Part shown: positions 12,501 through 23,000 of the stretch, one piece after another | Position numbering within the stretch: the first letter of the stretch is position 1 | How the letters are laid out: the number at the start of each line of letters is the position of its first letter | Assembly (NCBI GenBank): GCA_950097015.1 | Contig: CATNEN010000003.1 | Coordinates: 1,178,001 to 1,242,000 of the forward strand | From: Macrostomum hystrix | Taxonomy: Eukaryota; Animalia; Platyhelminthes | Reading direction: 5' to 3' | DNA: 64,000 bases | The notes under the pieces: model-generated | Database searches by the model: none | Told to the model about the DNA's origin: nothing | What the model saw: only the letters and a program-made list of their open reading frames with translations | Program-made: the position numbers and the translations under genes

Positions 12501-14198
12501 ACTAAAGTACACAGCAGACCAGCCTCTCACCGGTGATACATTCCGCTGACTGCCATCAGCCAACCGAACAGAGCAGCTGGGAGGCTCAGGACCGCAGCTC
12601 CTGACAGAGAAAGCGATGTAGTCACCATTTCTCCAGGTGAGAGGCGAGCAGCCCAAGCAGAATTCGTTTCTTGTCTCATCCAACTGCAGTGGAGCCAAGG
12701 TACCTGCAATAGAGTTCCCTGACTGCTCTGAAATCTCCGAGATGAGCACACCTTAGAGCTCTGGCTTACCATTGAGACGGACAGAACTGACTGTGAGCGA
12801 CTGCGAGCTGTTCAGAAGGAGGAAGGACACTGGCATCTGAAACTTAAAAGTGATCAGCATTGACATTGATACTGACTGCACTGACAATGGCCATTCAGCA
12901 GAGCGATTTCAGAGTCACAATTGAGCAACCTGTCCGAGCTGCCTCCAGCGGTCGCTGCTGCCGAAGGCCTCCCAGCTGGCGCGGCACGGATCCTCCAGCT
13001 GCAGCTCCAGCGGGAGGCTCGCGGCTCCGAGCGCCGACACGGGCGAGTCGACCGCACCTGCTGCCTGCCACTGGCCATCTGAAACACGAGTGCCTTGCTG
13101 ACAGACTGACAGTCTCAGACTGACTGTCTCAGACTGACTGTCTCAGACTGACTGTCTCAGACTGACTGTCTCAGACTGACTGTCTCAGACTGACTGTCTC
13201 AGACTGACTGTCTCAGACTGACTGTCTCAGACTGACTGTCTCAGACTGACTGTCTCAGACTGACTGTCTCAGACTGACTGTCTCAGACTGACTGTCTCAG
13301 ACTGACTGTCTCAGACTGACAGACTGACTGTCTCAGACTGACTGTCTCAGACTGACTGTCTCAGACTGACTGTCTCAGACTGACTGTCTCAGACTGACAG
13401 ACTGACTGTCTCAGACTGACTGTCTCAGACTGACTGTCTCAGACTGACTGTCTCAGACTGACTGTCTCAGACTGACTGTCTCAGACTGACAGACTGACTG
13501 TCTCAGACTGACTGTCTCAGACTGACTGTCTCAGACTGACTGTCTCAGACTGACTGTCTCAGACTGACTGTCTCAGACTGACAGACTGACTGTCTCAGAC
13601 TGACTGTCTCAGACTGACTGTCTCAGACTGACTGTCTCAGACTGACTGTCTCAGACTGACTGTCTCAGACTGACTGTCTCAGACTGACTGTCTCAGACTG
13701 ACTGTCTCAGACTGACTGTCTCAGACTGACTGTCTCAGCATCGGTCATGAGAACAAATGAAGGTCAGCGTCACTCACCCCAGCCTCGCACGCTCACCCGA
13801 TCCAGCACCATCGGCTGCCTCAGCTGCATCACAAGCCACCGAGGCCCGGAGCGCACAGCAGCTGGGAATCGGTTTGTCTCCGACCGGCCATTCTGCCACC
13901 GCTGGCAGTCACCGTCCGGCTGCCAGGTGCGCACAATGTGGGTGCTGTTGAGTTCGATTGTCACAGAAAAGTTGGATTTAATTGCTGTTTCTGTGAATAT
14001 TGAGAATGAAAAATTTGATTCGTTGCTTAAACTAAAAAGTAACTTTCTTTATTCATTTATCTATGACAAAAAAATTTAATTCGAGTTCACGTTCTCACCA
14101 TTACAATTGATGTAGTTACAGTTGCTCTCACAATTTTCTGCACAAATAGCTTCCAGCATCAGCATCAATGCTAGCTGGACAATACCTTTGCGGAACAT
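9521..14198 (-). CDS. Gene B: discoidin-like + 4 atypical Ig-like domains, TM, Tyr-rich tail, ~750 aa; exons 14198-14099, 13990-13778, 13078-12930, 12836-12770, 12703-12531, 12458-12317, 12207-12050, 11981-11807, 11081-10915, 10823-10679, 10593-10466, 10391-10199, 10100-9895, 9757-9521
   Basis: All 13 introns are GT-AG and phase-consistent (2253 nt). Signal MFRKGIVQLALMLMLEAICA; discoidin-like [22 protein letters not shown]; C2-set-like motifs GSFPRP, YSVVSQFQF..GGSVQCSAN, GGRPP, TVYCTAQ; TM IVFSVTALSIVAVMTAFLMLMI; 7 Tyr in the tail. Confidence 0.85.
11097..11770 (+). repeat. 20-bp minisatellite (GCTGTGCTGGGTGAGGACTG)n in gene B intron 8
   Basis: Tandem array. Confidence 0.98.
13102..13738 (+). 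repeat. 14-bp minisatellite (CAGACTGACTGTCT)n in gene B intron 2
   Basis: Tandem array; the same unit occurs at 25392-25536. Confidence 0.98.
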
Positions 14199-14992
14199 AG
14201 TTTTTGGACGACACAATTTACTCTTGTTTCATTTCGCTTATTTTTAGAACCCGAAATGATTATTTCAGACAAGATTCAATGGTTTTCAAAATCAGTCTTT
14301 CAGTTAAACTCTATGCCTGTGTTGGATTGAATAAGGTTTGGCATCTTGTACGCCTGAATTAGAGAAATAGTTTACCATGATAATAGATTGGCTTATGGGC
14401 TGGTTGTTGACTTTGTTTATCTATACTGACAGCATAAGATAAATTATTTTATGTACATTTCTTAGTCATATTTATATTCAGACTCGTGGAAAAAATTTCG
14501 CAGCTATTTAGAAAAAAAACTAGCTAATTTAAAATTTTAGTTTTTCGTTCGACATTATCTTTTCGTGCGACAAAATACTGGCTCAAATCACTGAGTCCTA
14601 TCAACTTCCGGCTTAAATCTTTGACTCACTGTCAACTCCTTTCTCAATGCCTAAATCACTTTCTCAAATACCTTCTCAAATCCCTGAGTCACTGTGAAAT
14701 CTCTGGGGCGAAATAATAGAGCTCGAATGAACTCAAAACTCCTATATCCCTTAGTTTCTGTGTGCATTTGAAAGCATTTTTTTCTTTTAAGTTTCTAGAA
14801 CTTTCCACAGTAAACTATTTTGTCGCGACGAGATGGTAGCAATATGAAAATTATCTTGATTAAAACAAACAGCTTGGCGTACATCAAAAGCACTCGACTA
14901 GCAGATAAAATCGTAGACCTCATAAGCGAAGTTCAGTCTTTAGCATTCACATTATCGTAGCCATCGGAACAGACTTTTCATTTAAATCGATG

Positions 14993-16495
14993 TACAGCCC
15001 CTTCAGTACTGTAGCTCAATCCACCCACAGTACCTTCAGTACTGTAGCTCAATCCACCCACAGTCCCTTCAGTACTGTAGCTCAATCCACTAACAGCCCC
15101 TTCAGTACTGTACCTCAATCCACCCACAGCCCCTTCAGTACTGTAGCTCAATCCACTAACAGCCCCTTCAGTACTGTACCTCAATCCACCCACAGCCCCT
15201 TCAGTACTGTAGCTCAATCCACCCACAGTCCCTTCAGTACTGTAGCTCAATCCACTAACAGCCCCTTCAGTACTGTACCTCAATCCACCCACAGCCCCTT
15301 CAGTACTGTAGCTCAATCCACTCACAGTACCTTCAGTACTGTAGCTCAATCCACTCACAGTCCCTTCAGTACTGTATCTCAATCCACCCACAGTCCCTTC
15401 AGTACAGTAGCTCAATCCACCCACAGTCCCTTCAGTACTGTAGCTCAATCCACTAACAGTTCCTTCAGTACTGTAGCTCAATCCACTCACAGTCCCTTCA
15501 GTACTGTAGCTCAATCCACTAACAGTTCCTTCAGTACTGTAGCTCAATCCACTAACAGTCCCTTCAGTACTGTAGCTCAATCCACCCACAGTCCCTTCAG
15601 TACTGTAGCTCAATCCACTAACAGTTCCTTCAGTACTGTAGCTCAATCCACTCACAGTCCCTTCAGTACTGTAGCTCAATCCACTCACAGTCCCTTCAGT
15701 ACTGTAGCTCAATCCACTCACAGTATTTTCAGTACTGTAGCTCAATCCACTCACAGTCCCTTCAGTACTGTATCTCAATCCACTAACAGTCCCTTCAGTA
15801 CTGTAGCTCAATCCACCCACAGCCCCTTCAGTACTGTAGCTCAATCCACTCACAGTCCCTTCAGTACTGTAGCTCAATCCACTCACAGTCCCTTCAGTAC
15901 TGTAGCTCAATCCACTAACAGTCCCTTCAGTACTGTAGCTCAATTCACTCACAGTCCCTTCAGTACTGTAGCTCAATCCACTCACAGTACCTTCAGTACT
16001 GTAGCTCAATCTACTAACAGCCCCTTCAGTACTGTAGCTCAATCCACTCACAGCCCCTTCAGTACTGTAGCTCAATCCACCCACAGTCCCTTCAGTACTG
16101 TAGCTCAATCCACTCACAGTCCCTTCAGTACTGTACCTCAATCCAACCACAGTCCCTTCAGTACTGTAGCTCAATCCACTCACAGTCCCTTCAGTACTGT
16201 AGCTCAATCCACTCACAGTCCCTTCAGTACTGTAGCTCAATCCACTCACAGTACCTTCAGTACTGTAGCTCAATCCACTCACAGTCCCTTCAGTACTGTA
16301 GCTCAATCCACTCACAGTCCCTTCAGTACTGTAGCTCAATCTACTAACAGCCCCTTCAGTACTGTAGCTCAATCCACCCACAGCCCCTTCAGTACTGTAG
16401 CTCAATCCACTCACAGTACCTTCAGTACTGTAGCTCAATCCACCCACAGTCCCTTCAGTACTGTAGCTCAATCCACTCTCAGTCCCTTCAGTACC
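14993..16495 (+). repeat. 33-bp minisatellite (CAGTCCCTTCAGTACTGTAGCTCAATCCACTCA)n
   Basis: Tandem array between genes B and C. Confidence 0.98.
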
Positions 16496-17018
16496 GTTTA
16501 TAGAAATATACCAGATCACAGTTTCTAATTCTTGTAAATTATGAGAAGGAGCATGATAGTATACTGATTTATTTAACAATTTCTTGAAGGGAAGTATTGA
16601 TTAGAATGACTTAAAAACGTTTAGCTGGCAAACGGGACATCGTGATAAAAAATGTAATTTAGGAAGAATTGAAACATTGTGAGAATCTGAGTAACAATGA
16701 TGCGATGCCGGTAGCAACCAAAGACTCAAAAATATACAGGCTCTGTAAAAATGTGAAGCTAAAATTAGTTTTTGTCTCTGGTTTTTTATCAATTCATCAT
16801 CGCATCTGAATTTTGCTAATGTAAATGTGCCGTACTACTACTACACAGAAGTAGGCACTTTGTAAATGTACAGCTAAAAAAGCGAACTGTCTAAGATTTT
16901 TAATGATCAATTAACATTGCATCTAAATCTCGCAAACTTAAATGTACAGTAGTCTAACTACACAGTAGTAGGGGCTTTTCTTGTGCTAGTTATATTTTTG
17001 CCGCGTAGTGTCGGATTC

Positions 17019-17072
17019 GGGCTAGGGTATTTAGGGTTAGGGCTAGGGTTAGGGCTAGGGTTAGGGTTAGGG
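17019..17072 (+). repeat. Short interstitial telomere-like repeat (TTAGGG/CTAGGG)
   Basis: ttagggttagggctagggttagggctagggttagggttaggg. Confidence 0.85.
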
Positions 17073-17095
17073 TAGTTCTTTCGCCTCATTCGCTC

Positions 17096-20000
17096 TTATT
17101 CAGAAGTGTTGACGTAGGGCGACTTCCAGCAACTGCCGATCTGGCTGTAGGGCTCTCCAGCCTCGTCGTAGTAGTATTTGCCAATGTTGCTCGAGCTAGG
17201 TCGCTGAGGCAGTGGTCGCTCCCGATCTCTTAAATGCATGCACTGGCAAGCTCTGGGTCGCGTTGTTTTTTGATAGCGCTGAAATTTTAATAAAAGTTTA
17301 TCAAATGCGAATTCATTATACGACCAATCGATTGTAACTCAAGCAATTGAAAATACAATTTAAGCGATTTCTGATCAAAGTATTAAATTTATGTATGTTT
17401 TTACCTAGAACATTTACATTTCACTTTTCTGTTTAGTTTTTCAAACTTTTGTGCGATATAATCAGGAAGATTTCCCGTGACACTCGCTATTTAATACACA
17501 AGCGAAACGCTACATATTGAATATAGAATGTCATATGCTGGGCGTTTTGCTCGATCTGCTAGTAAAATATTTTGAAAGGCTGACTGACTTGGCCGGATGT
17601 TAGTTTCTATAGCTCGTTTCTGCAGAAAATCGTGCCTGCTTTGACTTTATCCAGATTTCGAAGTGGGGTCTCCTTGATGTTAAAATTGATAGCAGTAGGA
17701 TTATGCAATCGTGTGCAATTTAAAACAGATGACTCTCTAGCGCATCAGGTCATTTAATTTTGGCTTCTAGCAAGATTCAATTTATAAACAGAAAACTGAA
17801 TAATTTAGCTCTGTACGTTCATGCCCATACCTGGGGTGTGTAAGATCAACCATAAAAGAACAGACAGGCAATCAACAGGTCTCATAGGTCTCCCCCCCGT
17901 ATAGTATGTGGGTCAAGTCTAAAACCAACATTCGAATTATCTAAAAACATTTCGAAAAAGCGAAATTGTTTGAGCTGCAATAGGTTTCTATGAGTACATA
18001 ATTCTTTACTTTCTAGTTAGCGACAGCAAGTCAGCCTACAACTGTCTGAAAAAATGAAGCTCTATGATTATCCAGCTTCTATTATTAAAGCTCTACTGTG
18101 TAACGGGGCCCAACTCACCTGTGAGAGTTTGCGAACCATGATCAAAGCGCAAATGATCACGCATGCGATGCAGACCAGTGCGGTGAAGACAACGGAGATT
18201 AGCAGAAGACGAAGAGCTTCACATGAGTTTTTACTTAGCAGGTTTTTTACCTCTAAAAAGTGTTTTTTCATTTTTTTCAACTCTGTTGTGATTTTCAAAT
18301 TATACAGTTTGTAGGTCGTACTAGTAGTTTTAAATTAGCTACTGATTGAAGCCAACAGACATTGGGATCCCTGAGCTCGATTTCGTATGCATTTGGGGCG
18401 CAGCCTCGGAGAGAAGAGCTAGGCTTGGAGGCTTCACTCTCAGTAGTGCCAACTGCCCAAGGCACAGTGAGAGTGTACACTGCCTGACGATCAGAAAGTC
18501 AGGAGCCCTGTGTGAGTGTGTGCCTGCGTACGGTATCTGTGTGCGTGTGTGCTCAGGAGTCAGTGGAATGAGCAGAATTGCCTCTCGCTGGCTGCGGGTC
18601 TGCTCATGATGTGCCAGCAAAGATGATCACAAGCCAGGCACAAATCATGTCGAGCTGTGCAGCCTAGGTGCTAAAATTAGGAACCTTCTAGGCATTATTC
18701 TATTTTGCCGTGACCCAACTAATTATTTTAAACTAATCTACTATCCGGTAACTATGTAAATTAGTGAAAGCAAAAAATTACCAATAGGTATGCCTTCATT
18801 TCCATTATGATTTTTATCACTACTGAGTCGTGTTGACTTTTTGTTCGTAAGCATTTTGCTGTTATAGAGTCTGAAAATTTCAACTCCTTCGCTGATCTGT
18901 TGTCCAACGCAATTGATTTTTTGCTGGGCTTCAAAGCGGAACTCTGAGTCCGTCGGCTTGCCGGAGCTTATTTTTACCTGCAGAAGTTCCAGGTGGAATG
19001 AAATGAGAAATTTTGGGATTCCAAGAAAGCTTGATCTCTTCGAAATCATGCGAATCTGTCCACAGAGGGTAGTATTTCTCCAATGGGAAAAGTTCCTTTG
19101 CTCTTTCTACTCGTACTGTCTACTATTTTGAATTTCTTTAGCTTGGTGCCCTAAAGTGTTATTTTCATACATTTGAAACTGACAACGACACAGCTGTTCA
19201 TTACGCAATCAGCTCACATTGTTCAGAGTGCAGCTGAGATTCGTCACTTTGGGCAGGCCGTCATCAGTCCTCACTGACCACTGCAAGCCGTTGGTTGAGT
19301 ACATCGATGGCTTAAGCTCTATATTGAGTTTGCCTTGAACTGCAATGAATTCAATAGACCAAGAAATTCGTTAGAATGCCTGCAAAAGAAAGCATAGAAA
19401 GATTTTTAAGTACGCTCGTGTACCAATAGCTACTCACAGAACACTACCCATGTCTTGAGTTCACTTTGAACCATGTCGATAAGCTCCACGGGTTGGATAA
19501 ACCGACACTTGGCTCGCCAGTCTCTATTGCCCATCGATCGCCGCACTCGAATTGTGTGTATGCTGCTAGAGATGTTCAGCTAAAGAGGCAGATAGAGTTG
19601 AGATCGATTATCGATACTACCTTCTATTGTTTTCAATCAGTGCTCTCTAGCTGTGACCTCAGTTGGGAGCGGTTCTACGGTAATTATAAACAAACTGTTT
19701 TCCCCGAGTGCCCAAGGTGCCTTCCCTATTTTTCTTTCTCTCTTTTTTAATTACGTTTGTTATAAAACCTGATTCTAGGAAATATATTAGAGTACTTTGG
19801 TCCGTGGAATTGGGAGGCGGTCACACGCATAATTTTCTTCACAACACAACAATAATATTTTCATAGATAGCTGAGATTCGAACTCCCGACCTCTTAGTTC
19901 AGAAGTAAGGAGCTTCAACATGGAAAAACAGTGTTTAGGTTAGGATTGCAAACACCCTCAAAACTCACATTAGTTCTGTGTAAATGAATAGTGTTTGTAT

Positions 20001-23000
20001 TCGTGACGTCTATCAGTTCGCAGTGGTGGCTCGAGGCTTTGCAGCCAACTGTAGTCAAATGGATGATGTCTTCGTCTTGGTTCTCAATCAAGTGAGGCTT
20101 TGAGCTGAGAATTAAATCAGCTTTGCATGGCTCTGTTTAATGGTTTTCAATTGACGTTTGTTTACTCAAATTTAGCAAATCACAACAAGCCCCAGCTTAA
20201 TTAGTTCACAATGGCTCACCGAGTGAATCCACATTGAATTTTCGGTATAGAGTGGCAATGGACCACGGCATTGTTGATCTGCAATCGATTTCTCTGCCTT
20301 GAAATACTTGTTCAGTTTTCATTTCAAACAATGAGACGGTTGTGTAGCATGCCTTGCCAGAGCTCGACTTGGTTACCGTCGAACTCTGCGGTAAAGTGAA
20401 ATGTAAAGCAAATTAACAGTTGGCTGTTGGCTTCCAATTGTCTAAAGTTGGAAGCTTACCTTCGCCAAAAACGTCAGAGCTTGTGTTTGACCATTTTTAC
20501 TTTTGGATTGCAGTACGCAAAAATGTTTGGACACCGGATATTCCTCAATGGTGCTGAACTTGATGGCCACCGTCCGATTGACTAGCCAAACGCGTGGCGC
20601 GTCGAGCTGTGTGTGCTTGGCAATGACTGAAAAGCAAGTTATGTTTCCAACGGAAAAACTGCGTGACCTTTTTGCTGTTAAGGAGTTTTTGATGCTTCTA
20701 ACATTTGAAAAGTACACAATTATAAAACTGACACGCGACTCCGATACTGTTGACAATGGGACAGAAAGATTTGAAGCCATGGCCGTCACTGTAGCAGCAG
20801 GTGAGCTCAGAACCCTGCCAGTCTAGCTCGGGAACTAGATTCAGTTGGAATCTTCTTGGACGGGACGATACCACTTCAACCTGTTTTGATCACAAAAATT
20901 ATCGGTTTGCTAGGCATGATCAGTAGCTATAGTCGCTAGTCGCAAAGCAGATTCTACGTGACAAATTCACAAGTTTGCTAACCAGCTTGACGCGATTGCT
21001 GACAACTTCTGAATAAGTTTTATTGACGTAGCAGATCACGTTTGATCTGTTTGAGCCCGAATCGTCGATTAGCTCAAACGTGCGTCTGTTCTCCTCTTTC
21101 AGAAAGAGCAAATCGTGGGTAAACTTGTCAGAGGAGGCTCTCAACGAAGGATGACAGCCTGAAGAAATGGAGCGAAGCAGAAAAACGATGCAAGAATAAA
21201 TTTAATTCAGCTTATGCGTTCTTGCGAGCCTAAAACAGGCTTTGAAGAATAACTTTATGCTAGAGATTGCTCAGATATCATGAACAAAACGAGTACAAAT
21301 TAACTTTGTATTATAACGGACCTGTGAGATAAACCGACTTCCAATTAACCGATGTGCTGCTTTGAAAAAGAAGAAACGATACCAGCGTCTGAAAAAAGAG
21401 TGTTGGCATTCTACAAAAGTGTAAATACTCAATTCAATAAATATATTTGATGGCAAAACCTTTATAACGATAAGCTATATTTATAGCTAAAATATTCACT
21501 GACTAAAGCCGTTTCCGCGCCGAAACTTTTTGCTGTCACTCGACATCCGGAGAGACTCACCTGAAGCCTTTGCGGCCACCGTTGCCATTGCTTTGGAAAC
21601 CCTTCCAAAACGTACTCAAAATAGCCTAAAGGCTATCTGGGACTCTAACCCGCTAATCTTTCAGACCAGATCAGTGCGCAATCGCTAGGGAAGGGCGCGA
21701 AAGTGATCTATAGCTAACCAACTGCTAACTGAGCTCCAGCAGGCTTATACCCATCGCACTAAAACCTTCATTGAAGGTTAAAAAATTACCCGATCGGGGG
21801 GATACTAGCTCCTAGCTCGCCAGACTCTTGGGGGCTAGCTGAAATCGTGTCAGTACCAATAAGGACCATCTAATAGCCTTGATAACCAACGCGGCATCGC
21901 GACAGTGCAATGTACTGAAACTCCTAAACTCGATTCTTGGAAAACCGTCTGCTGCCCAACTGGATCCGCTGCTCCTTAGCATCCAAAGCTTCAAAGGCTT
22001 CCGACCTCGTACGAGCGTAGATCGACACTCGAGCAGATTGGAACCGTCCGGAGTATCGTGGATATTTGCAAAACTCGCCAGCCGTTTGTTATCATCTTGT
22101 TTATCGATTTTAAAAAGACATTCGATTCTGTGTCCCGCCGTGCTGGATCCTTGCCTCTTGCGGAGTTCCTCAAATTCTTTATGAGGCTATGATGGATCTC
22201 TACCAAAACACCACCGCATTTGTCCAGATGAAAGGAGACCAAACAAGTGTCTTCAAAACTAGTTCCCGCGTTCTTTTCATAATCCTTCTGGATTACGTAC
22301 TCCGCCGAAGCTTGCAAGAAATAGATCGACGGCTACGAAATCGATCCTAGCCCTAGCTTTCGCCGACGATATAGCTCTTGTCAGCAAGAATCCAAAGACG
22401 ACTAAGCGAACTCTGATCAGACTGTGTGAGGATAGCGCTAAATTTGGGCTTACGCAATGAAAACTAAAGTAATGCACGTAGGCCTATCTGCTCACACCCC
22501 TCTGACTCTGCCTAATTGCCGAACACGACCACTTCCGCTAGGCTCCTAGTGGCGAATGTTAGTGCCATAATTTCAGACATTTTTAGCTCGATTACTAAGC
22601 TGCGCACCTTCAACTCTGCAGCCAGCAGCGAACTGAAAATCTAGATTTTTCGCACAGCAGTTGAACCTGTCCTGCTCTACGAACGCGAAACGATACAGAT
22701 GACGAAGACGCGCGAGGGCGCTCTTGACGCGCTCTAAAGGGCGATGCTCAGGCATGCCCTGGGGATCCGGTACCCGGAAACGATCTCCAACCAGCTAGGC
22801 GCTTGAGCGGCGAACGAAAATTTGCACCCTGCAACTACGGCACCAGCGGCTTCCTTGCCATGTTCTCCGAAGACAAGGCCGAGGCGAGGCCAACACGCTG
22901 GCGATGACTGTTCTTCATCCGCCGCGCGACCAGCTTAGGCCCGGGCACGGGAGAGCTTCTACACTCGTCCAGACCTACCTCGAGGGAACGGGCATGACCG

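Noticed and set aside
14978-16579. 533-aa and 512-aa repetitive ORFs resembling mucin or ice-nucleation repeats
   Set aside because: A 33-bp tandem array open on both strands, with no signal peptide or flanking coding exons.
17019-17072. True chromosome end
   Set aside because: Only about 8 degenerate units, with genes on both sides.
19040-19150. Alternative exon in gene C suggesting a frameshift or pseudogene
   Set aside because: All frames hit stops, and the exon starting at 18977 supplies the homologous in-phase sequence, so this stretch is intronic.
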